From a bacterium (GTDB lineage Bacteria > Zhuqueibacterota > Zhuqueibacteria > Residuimicrobiales > Krinioviventaceae): a stretch of DNA of 64,000 bases. The notes under the pieces were generated by a model. It worked only from the letters and a program-made list of their open reading frames with translations. It ran no database searches and had not been told where the DNA came from. This document shows, piece by piece, positions 50,895 through 60,899 of this stretch; within the stretch, counting starts at the first letter, position 1; every line of letters starts with the position of its first letter. The DNA is taken from contig OY843751.1 of NCBI GenBank assembly GCA_963693055.1, positions 5,888,001-5,952,000 of the forward strand, given 5' to 3'. The position numbers and the translations under genes are program-made.

Positions 50895-51479
50895 ATGATA
50901 ACACCAAACGCACTTACAATAATCCGAATAGCGCTGACCCCGTTATTCATGCTTTTCTTTATGATCGATTCGGTCTGGTCTTTATGGGTATTTATGATCT
51001 TATTTGGAATATCTGAACTGACAGACCTGTTGGACGGTAAACTGGCAAGACAGATGGACATGGTTAGTGATTTCGGTAAACTGATGGATCCTTTTGCTGA
51101 CAGCATTTCAAGGTTTACCATCTTTTTATGCTTTCTAAGCGCCGGATACGCACCCGTATGGGTCATTGCCATTTTCTTTTACCGCGATGTTCTTGTATCC
51201 ATTATCCGGGTTTTTGCAATTAAATCGGGTATTGTGGTTGCTGCCAGAACCAGTGGCAAAATCAAAGCCTGGATCCAGTTTCTCGCAATATTGGGTGTAA
51301 TGCTGATTGTTATTGGTCAAAAAATGTTGTTATTACCGGCTACCATTAACGGTCCCTTTGATATCCCGGCAGTTACCATTATCATTTTTCTGGCATCTAT
51401 GGGCACTCTGTGGTCAGGTGTCGATTACTGGCTTGGCAATAAAACCAGCGTACTCAGTGCAATGAGCACAGATTCTTGA
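50895..51479 (+). CDS. pgsA: CDP-diacylglycerol--glycerol-3-phosphate 3-phosphatidyltransferase
   Basis: PNALTIIR, TDLLDGKLAR...SDFGKLMDPFAD, GKIK. Start ATG 50895. Confidence 0.85.
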   Translation: MITPNALTIIRIALTPLFMLFFMIDSVWSLWVFMILFGISELTDLLDGKLARQMDMVSDFGKLMDPFADSISRFTIFLCFLSAGYAPVWVIAIFFYRDVLVSIIRVFAIKSGIVVAARTSGKIKAWIQFLAILGVMLIVIGQKMLLLPATINGPFDIPAVTIIIFLASMGTLWSGVDYWLGNKTSVLSAMSTDS

Positions 51480-52298
51480 TTATAAAACGTCGATCAATTC
51501 CAAAACACTGGAAACAGTGATTTTGGGTTGATCGGATGATTTTTCAAGCATTTCAGGAGTTGTTTCTCCGCTCATTACCAGCACACCCACCATATCAAAC
51601 TGTTGGGCCATACGTATATCTGTATATAAACGGTCACCAATAAATGCTATTTCCTGTGCATCCATTTCAGCGCGTTCACTTATTGCCTCTACAGCCTCTT
51701 TATGGGGCTTACCTACAACACGTGGCAGTCTGCCGCCGGTAGCGGTTTCAAACAAAGAGATAAATGAGCCCACATCCGGTTTAAAAGTCGATTTGGTAAC
51801 AGGGCACAGAATATCTGCATGCGTTGCAATATAGGGTATATCTGTCAGCATCAGGTCATAACCTGTACACAATTTTTGATAATTCAATTCCGTATCAAAT
51901 CCCATTACCACTGCTTTGGGCAGTGTTTCTTTAACGTCAGCATCTGTCATACATTGGTATCCCCTTTGGGTAAAGTCAGATACCAGATCACGGTTACCAA
52001 TGAGATAAATTTCAGGAAACAGTTTGTTGCGTTTTAAATAACTATCCGCACAATCAGCCGAAGTAATCAAATATTCGTCCTCACAGGGAAAACCGATCTT
52101 GGCAAGTTTTTTAAGATAAGTGTCTCTAGAACTTGAGCTGTTGTTGGTAAAATAATAAAGTTTTCTTCCGGATTCGAGCACCCGGTTCAAAAAATCGATG
52201 GCTCCGGGAACCGGCTTTCCTTCAAGGTAGAGCGTTCCATCCAGATCACAAACAATCGCCTTGCAAGACGAAAACATTTTTTTCTCTTCCGCGTTCAT
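51480..52298 (-). CDS. HAD-IIA (NagD-like) phosphatase
   Basis: DLDGTLY, FTNNS, VGKP, IGDRLYTDI. Confidence 0.92.
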   Translation of the reverse strand: MNAEEKKMFSSCKAIVCDLDGTLYLEGKPVPGAIDFLNRVLESGRKLYYFTNNSSSSRDTYLKKLAKIGFPCEDEYLITSADCADSYLKRNKLFPEIYLIGNRDLVSDFTQRGYQCMTDADVKETLPKAVVMGFDTELNYQKLCTGYDLMLTDIPYIATHADILCPVTKSTFKPDVGSFISLFETATGGRLPRVVGKPHKEAVEAISERAEMDAQEIAFIGDRLYTDIRMAQQFDMVGVLVMSGETTPEMLEKSSDQPKITVSSVLELIDVL

Positions 52299-52350
52299 AA
52301 CATCCTTTTCTGTATGTTAAAAAACAAGGCCAATTGGCCCTGACATTCCA

Positions 52351-53019
52351 TCAATCTCCAAACTCTCCGCCAACAATATGTTGAACGCCTGCCGCCGGAT
52401 AGCCTTTGGCTGCCCACCAGCCTCGTGAACCCTCGTAATTAAACTTGTCTGAACCATTGCTCAACCAGACATGAATACGGGTTTCATTGTTTCCATAATC
52501 ATAAAAGCCTGCGATATCATCGTAACCATCGCCATTAAAATCACCTGCTGTTGCACCCACAATATTCTTTGCATCATAACCACGGCTGCTTTCCCACCAA
52601 CCTGCGGAATGCTGATAATTGAAACGGTTTCCTCCGGTATTCAACCAGACATGAATGCGGGTAACTCCCTGACCGTAATCGTAAAAGCCTGCCATGTCGG
52701 TAAATCCATCCGCATTCCAGTCACCTGAAACACAATGCAGCAGTTTATTGCCTTCATAACCGCCTTTTTTTGTACTGAACCAGCCATTTGATCCTGAATA
52801 TTTAAAAGATTCACCTTCGCTAACCCAGGTATGAATACGGGTATCTCCATTGCCGTAATAAAACAGAGCGGCAACATCTTCCATAACATATTCATCCTCT
52901 ACAATTACTTCTTCAGTATCAATATCCTGTGATTGAATTGCACGAGGTGTAATAAAAACAATTGCAAAAAAAATGAAACAAATTGCACTGGTAAACAATA
53001 TAATCTTTTGATGCTTCAT
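52351..53019 (-). CDS. Exported FG-GAP/VCBS-like repeat protein
   Basis: Three DxAxxxxYGxxxTRIHxW repeats with GDWNADG and GDFNGDG calcium-binding-type loops. Start ATG 53019 after AAGGAG. Confidence 0.75.
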   Translation of the reverse strand: MKHQKIILFTSAICFIFFAIVFITPRAIQSQDIDTEEVIVEDEYVMEDVAALFYYGNGDTRIHTWVSEGESFKYSGSNGWFSTKKGGYEGNKLLHCVSGDWNADGFTDMAGFYDYGQGVTRIHVWLNTGGNRFNYQHSAGWWESSRGYDAKNIVGATAGDFNGDGYDDIAGFYDYGNNETRIHVWLSNGSDKFNYEGSRGWWAAKGYPAAGVQHIVGGEFGD

Positions 53020-53166
53020 GCTAAACTCCTTAAATATACCAAGGTAAAGTATTGAAAACATTATAAAAGTTCAAGCGTTTTGTAGGATTACCAGAGTACT
53101 TTTCTCTTGTTTAAGAGAAAAAAGAATAATATATTTATAGATTGTACAAAAAATGATCAGGATCAT

Positions 53167-55170
53167 ATGAACAATTATTATAAAATAACAATATCTATTG
53201 TAATAGCGCTATTGTTTATGGGGTGCAGCAGTCAACAAGCTTTAACCAAAAAGAAAAAAGAACCAAAACAGGAATATAACAAAGACGCCATGAACCTGGT
53301 GATTGACGGGGCACTGGCTAATGTTGTGGGACGTCCCAAAGACGCCTTGCTGAAATTTCATCAGGCAGCCGAATTTGATTCTTCTTCTACCGGTATTTAT
53401 TATGCAATGGCACAAAATTACTATTTGTTGAACGAATATAAGACCAGTACTAAAATTATCAACAAGATTCTTCAACTTGATCCCGAAAATCTCGATGCAT
53501 TGATATTGCTCGCTGCATGCTATGAACAAGAGAGCAAATATTATCAGGCAATGCAGGTTTACGAAAAAATTGTCAACATAACTCCATTCAATATAGAAAA
53601 CCTCTATTACCTGGCATCTCTGCAAATTGCATTACAAAAGAACAAAGAGGCGCTGGTATATTACCAGAGAATGGTAGACCTGGGAGTTGATGATCCTGAA
53701 TTTCGCATGAAAATAGGATACATGTTTCTTCAAAACCGCGCCTATACTGAAGCGGAAGCCATTTACACAGGCGTTTGGGAAGACAGTCCCGAAGAAGAAG
53801 AGGTATATCTTGCGCTTGCGGCTACCCGCAAAGTCCAGGAAGATACTCTGGGTGCAATTGAATGGTACAAAAAGGCTTTGGATAAAAATCCCAGATTCAA
53901 CGATGCAAAAGCAGAACTTCGTGCACTTTATGAAAAAAATGGGGACTGGCAGGAAGCCATAACCCTCTACAAAGGTTTAATTGAAAAAGACTCTACAAAT
54001 TTGGGCAATAAACTGGTATTGGGTCACCTGTATTATAAAAACAATCAAACTGATGATGCAATTAATATTTATAACCAGACAATCAAAGAACATCCCAACC
54101 GGGAGCGTTCACACCTTGCCCTGGCTTCCTTGTGGAAAATGCAGGGAGATACCACAAAAGCCATACAGGTATACAAAGAAGCTTTGGATGTTAACGATTC
54201 TTTTTACTATATCCGTCAACAGCTTAAAAACTATTACCTGGATCAGCAGGAATGGGAAAACGCTATATCATTATACGAACCGCTAAAAGACAATGATACG
54301 ACCTATGTAGGCGCTCAGATTGAAATTTCGAACATTATGATGGAAAAGGGTGACACCCTTCAAGCCATTCAGCAATGTGAAGCCCTGCTGGACTCACATC
54401 AGGACGACTGGCGAATACCCGCAACACTGGGTCGTCTTTATTTTTATATACAAAACTTTGAAACCGCAAGTCCTTTCCTGGACAAGGCTGTAGTAATGCG
54501 CGAAGATATGCCGCATCTATGGTTGTTGCGTGGATTAAACTATATGCAATTAGACAGCATGCATGTAGCGTTGGAAAACTTTAAAGATGCGTTGAACTTA
54601 TTCCCGGACCACCCCGCTATCAATTTCTATGTTGGAAGCATTTACAGCCAGTTTAGAGAATTTGATACTGCTTTGCCCTATTATCAAAAATCTCTCAAAG
54701 AAGAACCGGATAATATGCAAACCCTGCTTGCACTGGCAGGTACACTTGATGAACTGGGTCAATTTCAGCATTCCTCACAACTGTATGAGCAGATGTTAAC
54801 CGCTCAGCCAGATAGTCCCATAATCAATAACAATTTTGCGTATCATCTGTCTCTACAATCTAAAGATCTTGAAAAGGCATTGGGCTATTCTAAAAAAGCC
54901 CTTGAGGCTGATCCTGAAAACGGCCCTTTTCTTGACACCCTGGGTTGGATCTATTTTCATCTGGGTGAGTATGAAAAAGCGATAAGCTTTATTGAAAAAT
55001 CCCTCATGTTTGAGCCAAATTCACCCGAAGTTATGGAACACCTGGGTAATGTTTATGAAAAAATGGGGAGAATGGATAAAGCACACGAATATTGGCAAAA
55101 AGCCCTTGATTTAGATGGCGATCGTAAATACTTGAAAGAAAAACTTGGACAACCCACATATGACGAATAA
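53167..55170 (+). CDS. Tetratricopeptide repeat lipoprotein
   Basis: Lipobox FMGC; many TPRs; NNFAY...FLDTLGWIYF...EHLG. Confidence 0.88.
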   Translation: MNNYYKITISIVIALLFMGCSSQQALTKKKKEPKQEYNKDAMNLVIDGALANVVGRPKDALLKFHQAAEFDSSSTGIYYAMAQNYYLLNEYKTSTKIINKILQLDPENLDALILLAACYEQESKYYQAMQVYEKIVNITPFNIENLYYLASLQIALQKNKEALVYYQRMVDLGVDDPEFRMKIGYMFLQNRAYTEAEAIYTGVWEDSPEEEEVYLALAATRKVQEDTLGAIEWYKKALDKNPRFNDAKAELRALYEKNGDWQEAITLYKGLIEKDSTNLGNKLVLGHLYYKNNQTDDAINIYNQTIKEHPNRERSHLALASLWKMQGDTTKAIQVYKEALDVNDSFYYIRQQLKNYYLDQQEWENAISLYEPLKDNDTTYVGAQIEISNIMMEKGDTLQAIQQCEALLDSHQDDWRIPATLGRLYFYIQNFETASPFLDKAVVMREDMPHLWLLRGLNYMQLDSMHVALENFKDALNLFPDHPAINFYVGSIYSQFREFDTALPYYQKSLKEEPDNMQTLLALAGTLDELGQFQHSSQLYEQMLTAQPDSPIINNNFAYHLSLQSKDLEKALGYSKKALEADPENGPFLDTLGWIYFHLGEYEKAISFIEKSLMFEPNSPEVMEHLGNVYEKMGRMDKAHEYWQKALDLDGDRKYLKEKLGQPTYDE

Positions 55171-55957
55171 TACGTCGTTCATGAAAGCGTCAATCAAAAC
55201 AGGTGTGGTAATTCTCTTGTTTTTCCTGATCGGCTGTACAGGGTTTAAGCAACAATCTGTATTCAAAGATCAAACCATAAATCTCGCCACATTACAAAAG
55301 ATAACCCAAAACCAATACAATCGCATTCAATCTCTTGATGGCTGGGCAACCATGACGGTGCAATCACCTATGCAGGGTTATAATGCCAGTGCGCACATTC
55401 TCATGAAAAAGCCTGACTCTTTGTATCTTAAAATTGAAGCCACCTTTGGTATTGATGTGGGTATGCTCTTTGCAGACCGCAACCAGTATATGATCTATTC
55501 TCCCATGCAAAACCTCAGCTACAGCGGTCATATTGATTCTTTACACAAGGCCCCATTCCTGGATATGGACATAACCTTTGACCAGTTACTACAAACGGTT
55601 ACCGGCAGTGAACTTTTGACATCCCTAGATGAATGGAAGGTGTCCCAATCCGAAGACGATATCCGCCTAAGCGGCAAATACCGGGATGATGTCTACCTTT
55701 ACCATTTCCATCCGGTTTATGGCAATATTACCCAATTGGAAATTGTGAACAAGGACAGACAAACAGTAGCCTTGCACAAATTCAGTAATTTTAAATCAGT
55801 AAACGGAACCCGTATCCCCTTTCATATATCTATCAACCGGCCATTAGAGAAACAGGGCCTGTCGCTCTTTTATGAACGCATGAAAATCAATAAATCTATT
55901 GATAAAAACGAATTTCATATTAAATTACCAGATAATGTATTAAAGGTGAATTTGTAA
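55145..55957 (+). CDS. DUF4292-like lipoprotein
   Basis: Lipobox LIGC; KPDSLYLKI...FGID; follows a TPR gene as in FCB genomes. Start may be 55160 or 55181. Confidence 0.7.
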   Translation: MDNPHMTNNTSFMKASIKTGVVILLFFLIGCTGFKQQSVFKDQTINLATLQKITQNQYNRIQSLDGWATMTVQSPMQGYNASAHILMKKPDSLYLKIEATFGIDVGMLFADRNQYMIYSPMQNLSYSGHIDSLHKAPFLDMDITFDQLLQTVTGSELLTSLDEWKVSQSEDDIRLSGKYRDDVYLYHFHPVYGNITQLEIVNKDRQTVALHKFSNFKSVNGTRIPFHISINRPLEKQGLSLFYERMKINKSIDKNEFHIKLPDNVLKVNL

Positions 55958-55968
55958 TAAACCCGGAA

Positions 55969-56946
55969 GTGTTTATGAATAAAGAAAACCACCCCAAAAC
56001 AGACATATCCATCGTTATACCGCTTTACAATGAACAAGACTCGTTAGCTGAACTGCACCAACGCATTGTTAAAGTAATCACTTCTATGGGCCGCAGTTAC
56101 GAGATTGTGTTTGTTGATGATGGTTCAACTGACAATTCTGCGTCAGTAATAGAGAATTTAATATCTCAAGATTCTTACACCAAGCTGCTTCAATTCAGAA
56201 AAAATTATGGCAAAGCTGCCGGCTTGGCAGCCGGTTTTGAATATGCTTCCGGCACGTATGTAATTACCATGGACGCGGATTTGCAGGATGACCCCAACGA
56301 GATCCCCAATCTGATTGCCAAGCTTGAAGAGGGTTATGATCTGGTATCGGGTTGGAAAAAAATCCGTCACGATCCTTTTATCAAAAAGCATACATCTAAA
56401 ATATACAATTACTTTACATCCGTTTTTAGCGGTCTCAAACTGCACGATTTCAATTGCGGCCTCAAAGCCTATAAACTGGATGTTGTCAAAAGCCTACATG
56501 TTTATGGAGAAATGCACCGCTATCTGCCCGTTATGGCGCACCATAACGGCTTTCGGGTTACTGAAATACCGGTCAAACATTTTGAGCGAAAACATGGTAA
56601 ATCAAAATTCGGTTCTGCCCGCTTTGTAAGAGGCGCCTTTGATTTATTGACCATTACCTTTTTAACAAAATATAAAAAACGTCCGTTGCACCTGTTTGGT
56701 ATGCTGGGTCTACTCAGCTCTTTTCTGGGAACCCTGGTTCTAGCTTATTTGACTTATCAGCGTATTTTTATGAACATTTATCTCAGCAACAGGCCCATTC
56801 TGCTGCTGGGAATTTTATTGATCATTGTGGGACTGCAATTTTTCTCCATCGGCCTGATTGGTGAAATGATCATCTCTGTTCGTCATGATAATGAAACCTA
56901 TGTACTAAAACAGGCCCGGGGCTGGAAAGAGAATGACGAATCTTAA
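55969..56946 (+). CDS. GT2 polyprenol-phosphate glycosyltransferase (GtrB/ArnC-like)
   Basis: SIVIPLYNE, VDDGSTD, MDADLQD, HDFNCGLK and two C-terminal TM helices. Confidence 0.9.
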   Translation: MFMNKENHPKTDISIVIPLYNEQDSLAELHQRIVKVITSMGRSYEIVFVDDGSTDNSASVIENLISQDSYTKLLQFRKNYGKAAGLAAGFEYASGTYVITMDADLQDDPNEIPNLIAKLEEGYDLVSGWKKIRHDPFIKKHTSKIYNYFTSVFSGLKLHDFNCGLKAYKLDVVKSLHVYGEMHRYLPVMAHHNGFRVTEIPVKHFERKHGKSKFGSARFVRGAFDLLTITFLTKYKKRPLHLFGMLGLLSSFLGTLVLAYLTYQRIFMNIYLSNRPILLLGILLIIVGLQFFSIGLIGEMIISVRHDNETYVLKQARGWKENDES

Positions 56947-58267
56947 TTCCCCTGATCGAAAAAAAGTACTGATCATCAGCTATTACTTTCCCCCATCCGG
57001 TGGCGCCGGTGTACAGCGTACTTTGAAATTTGTCAAATATCTGCGCGACTTTGGCTGGGAACCCGTGGTTCTCACTGCCAATAATGCCGACTATCCCGCA
57101 TACGATGACACCCTGGCCAAAGAAATACCCGACGGGGTCAAGGTGTATCAATCTACTATTATTGAACCCTATCGTTTTTACCGTAAACTTACCGGCCGTG
57201 CCGAGGGGGAAGCTACAGACATTGCAACCCTCACCCTGGATTCGGAGCAGAAACAAAAATGGACCGAACGGCTTGCCGAATGGGTACGTTCCGCGTTTTT
57301 CGTTCCCGATGCCCGTATCGGTTGGCTGCCCTTTGCATATAATCTGGGTAAAAAAATTATTGAACGTGAAAATATTGATATAATCTATTCTACTGCCCCG
57401 CCATACACAACACATTTGATTGGCCTGGCACTGCACAAAAAATCAAATTTACCCTGGGTAGTTGATTTTCGGGATTCATGGATTGGCTGGCTGTCTACAC
57501 CGCAATGGCGCCCCAAATTGTCACGTGCTTTGGAAAAATGGATGGAACGGTCTGTACTGCGAGATGCCAGCACTTTGATTTCTGTTACTCCCGGGGTAAA
57601 AGAAGATCTACTCAGCAGGAACCCGCAATACAGAGACGAACGCTGGAAGCTGCTGTATAACGGGTTTGATCCGGAAGACTTTGAAAACGTTGAAACAAAA
57701 CCCAAATCAGAAAAGACTACTATTATCTATACCGGTTCACTTTATGGGAACCGAAATCCGGAATACCTGGTGCAAGCACTGGAATCACTCCAAAAAGAAA
57801 ATCCAGACTTTACGGAAAAGCTGAGACTGCTCTTTGTAGGACGTGTGGGTGAACCAATAATAAACCGATTGGAATCGAGCAGCATTTCTCATCTGGTTGA
57901 ACGGATTCCCTATGTGACCCATAGCGAAAGCATAGCCTGGTTAAAATCCGCAGATATTTCTCTATTGATCATTGATGACTCGCCCGAAAACTATGGCATT
58001 CTTACCGGTAAATTATTCGAATATATCGGCGCCGGGAATCCGGTACTTGCATTGGCACCAGATGGTGATGCGGCACAATTGATTAAAAAATATGATCTGG
58101 GCTTTACCTCGCATCCCAAAAACCCGGATGATATAAAAAAAGCTTTATTCGCCAGCGTTGAACAGGCAGATAAAAAGAAGATATCGGCAAAAGAATTCAC
58201 CGCCTTTAGTCGCTATAAGTTGACCGGGGAACTGGCAAAACATTTTGACCAGTTGATAAAAAAATGA
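56933..58267 (+). CDS. GT4-family glycosyltransferase
   Basis: YYFPPSGGAGVQR, VDFRDSW, YNGFD, YTGSLY, GKLFEY. Confidence 0.88.
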   Translation: MTNLNSPDRKKVLIISYYFPPSGGAGVQRTLKFVKYLRDFGWEPVVLTANNADYPAYDDTLAKEIPDGVKVYQSTIIEPYRFYRKLTGRAEGEATDIATLTLDSEQKQKWTERLAEWVRSAFFVPDARIGWLPFAYNLGKKIIERENIDIIYSTAPPYTTHLIGLALHKKSNLPWVVDFRDSWIGWLSTPQWRPKLSRALEKWMERSVLRDASTLISVTPGVKEDLLSRNPQYRDERWKLLYNGFDPEDFENVETKPKSEKTTIIYTGSLYGNRNPEYLVQALESLQKENPDFTEKLRLLFVGRVGEPIINRLESSSISHLVERIPYVTHSESIAWLKSADISLLIIDDSPENYGILTGKLFEYIGAGNPVLALAPDGDAAQLIKKYDLGFTSHPKNPDDIKKALFASVEQADKKKISAKEFTAFSRYKLTGELAKHFDQLIKK

Positions 58268-58347
58268 ATATCCTGAAAAACTGTTGAGTTGTAACAATAT
58301 TATCTGTATAATTAGTAAATCTTGTTTACAAAAATACGAGGACTATT

Positions 58348-60897
58348 GTGGGTACAAAACAATCATCCAAAAAACCGTCACAGTTGAATATAAAACCAAA
58401 AAGCTCATTCATTCAAGACCATCCGGTTTGGACCTTTGTCATAGCGGCCCTGATCTTGCTGACAGTATTCTATTTTCAAGTCCTTTTTGGAGGCAAATCC
58501 CTGGTTTCTCCAGATAAAATGACCTCAAAGGCCACCATACAATTTGTTAAACACAATCCATACGATATCGATTTCCCCTTGTGGTGTCCGTTCATATTCA
58601 GCGGCATGCCCTCATATTCCAGTATGCTATCCATACCCAAGATTGTGAACCCTGTTGATGGTCCCATTCGCGGGATTATTGAAACCCTCAAGCTCCATCA
58701 CGATCCCAATTTCTTTTTTGTTTTCATCAATTACCTGTTGTTTGGATTATTAACCTTTATATTTTTGAGGGACCAAAAAATAGGGCTTTTACCCGCAGCC
58801 TTTGCCGGCATTGTATTAATGTTTCTACCTCAATTTATAGCATTTACGTCATATGGGCATAATACAAAGTTCCTCTCCCTCATGCTGATCCCGTTAATTT
58901 TACTACTGGCAAACAAGCTTTTTGAAAAACGCAACCTGCTCTATTTTGTATTACTTGCCCTTACCCTTGGGCTGCAGCTCATTCGAGCGCATGTGCAGGT
59001 CTGCTATTACACCTATCTGATGTTGGGCATCTATTATCTGGTTACCGTAATCAATACCTACAGAACCAGCAAAAAAGTATCAGACATTTTGGTCCCCGCC
59101 GGTTTACTGGCTGGAGTAATACTGGTTGCTGTTTTACTTTCCTCTATTGTATACATTTCGGTTTATGATTATCAGCATTATTCCATCCGCGGATCGAGTG
59201 AAGGCAGCGGTCTCGATTTTGATTATGCCTCCGGCTGGTCTTTCCATCCGCTCGAGATGGTTACGTTCATCATCCCTTCTTTTATGGGATTTGGCGGAGC
59301 AACCTATTGGGGTAAAATGCCCTTTACCGATTACCCGCTCTATTTCAGTGTGCTGGTTTTATTTTTTGCCGGTGCCGCACTGGTATTGCGTAGAGATAAA
59401 AACACCACGTTTTTTGGCATTCTTGCACTGTTCTCCTTGCTGGTTTCTTTTGGTAAACATTTTGGGGTTTTGTATACCCCCATGTTTAAATTTCTCCCCT
59501 TTTTCAACAAATTCCGTATACCCAGCATGATCCATATAGTGCTGGATATCGCTATGGTGATTCTTGCAGCTTATGGTATTCAGGCACTGATTGATCTGTA
59601 CAATAAAGAAAGCAATCCCAAAAAGCCGGATCCCGCCATTGGCAGAATCAAAAAATATTTCTGGGCGTATTTGGGAGTTATTGGATTGTTTACCCTGTAT
59701 ATGCTATTTGCGCATACCTCCTTTACTACAATGGTAGCAAACAGCCGCAGTCACCTTTCTGCCGCAATGCGCGAACAGGCGTACCACATTGCTTTGATGG
59801 ACAGCTTTAAATCTCTGGTTCTGACAGCCATAGCTATAGGATTATCTGTTCAGTTGGTTAATAAAAAACTATCCGTATCCTTTTTCGGGTTATTTATGAT
59901 TGTACTGGTTGTTGCTGACTTGTGGATGATCGATTACAAAATCATGAAACCCCAGGATGTTGTAAGCGAAGAATCTTACTTTAATGAAACACCTGCAGTA
60001 CAATATATGAAAAAGGACACGGATCTTTTCCGTATTTATCCCGCTCGCGATGATAAAGCCGCAAACTGGTACATGTACCACAATATCGCAAGTATTAATG
60101 GTTACAGTGCTGCCAAGATCAGAATCTATCAGGACTTTTTGGAAGAAAGCGGTTATGGCTCTGGCAACAGCCCCTTTATCATGAAATACTGGCGTAATGT
60201 TATGCGAAACAACAGACCCAGCATGGAACCCGTTCCTCCTGAACAAATTGATCCCGGGCGCCTCAATTTTGATTATGCCATGATGGACATGCTTAACATT
60301 AAGTATATACTGTCCATGGGGCTTCCCATAACCGATCCCCGGTTCAAGGTTGCAACACAATATCCCATCATGTATCAGGGACAACGATGGAATTATTTTG
60401 TCTATGAAAACACTAAAGTCTTGCCTCGTGCGTTTTTTGCAGATACGGTAACTGTATTGAATGGTAAAAAAGCAATTTTTGACTATATGAAGAGCGGTCA
60501 GTTCAATCCACGGGAAACTGCCATACTTGAAGAAGCACCCCCCATGACCGTTTTCCACTCTACAGAGAATACTGCCGAGGTTACCCATTTTGATCTGCAC
60601 AATATTAAGATTAAAGCACAAGCAGCCAAAGCCGGTGTTTTGGTCTTGAGTGAAGTGTATTACCCAGCCGGTTGGAAAGCCTATGTAGATGGTGTTGAAA
60701 CCAAAATCTACAAGACCAATTACCTGCTGCGTTCCATCTTTTTGGAACCGGGTGAGCACGAGATAGAATTCAGGTTCCATCCCGAATCTTTTTTCCTGGG
60801 AATGTGGATCAGCGTCATTACCTTTGTTGTACTGCTGCTCATACTGGTAGGTTTGGGAGCAAACTATTTAAAGAACAGGTCAAAAGTGCAGGCTTAG
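58348..60897 (+). CDS. YfhO-family (GT-C-like) polytopic membrane protein
   Basis: LWCPFIFSGMP, HVQVCYY, FNKFRIP, GYSAAK, LSEVYYPAGWKAYVDG. Confidence 0.85.
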   Translation: MGTKQSSKKPSQLNIKPKSSFIQDHPVWTFVIAALILLTVFYFQVLFGGKSLVSPDKMTSKATIQFVKHNPYDIDFPLWCPFIFSGMPSYSSMLSIPKIVNPVDGPIRGIIETLKLHHDPNFFFVFINYLLFGLLTFIFLRDQKIGLLPAAFAGIVLMFLPQFIAFTSYGHNTKFLSLMLIPLILLLANKLFEKRNLLYFVLLALTLGLQLIRAHVQVCYYTYLMLGIYYLVTVINTYRTSKKVSDILVPAGLLAGVILVAVLLSSIVYISVYDYQHYSIRGSSEGSGLDFDYASGWSFHPLEMVTFIIPSFMGFGGATYWGKMPFTDYPLYFSVLVLFFAGAALVLRRDKNTTFFGILALFSLLVSFGKHFGVLYTPMFKFLPFFNKFRIPSMIHIVLDIAMVILAAYGIQALIDLYNKESNPKKPDPAIGRIKKYFWAYLGVIGLFTLYMLFAHTSFTTMVANSRSHLSAAMREQAYHIALMDSFKSLVLTAIAIGLSVQLVNKKLSVSFFGLFMIVLVVADLWMIDYKIMKPQDVVSEESYFNETPAVQYMKKDTDLFRIYPARDDKAANWYMYHNIASINGYSAAKIRIYQDFLEESGYGSGNSPFIMKYWRNVMRNNRPSMEPVPPEQIDPGRLNFDYAMMDMLNIKYILSMGLPITDPRFKVATQYPIMYQGQRWNYFVYENTKVLPRAFFADTVTVLNGKKAIFDYMKSGQFNPRETAILEEAPPMTVFHSTENTAEVTHFDLHNIKIKAQAAKAGVLVLSEVYYPAGWKAYVDGVETKIYKTNYLLRSIFLEPGEHEIEFRFHPESFFLGMWISVITFVVLLLILVGLGANYLKNRSKVQA

Positions 60898-60899
60898 CC

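Noticed and set aside
59890-60780. 296-aa antisense ORF and the many other shadow ORFs in the track
   Set aside because: They lie opposite or inside well-supported genes and show no protein motifs.
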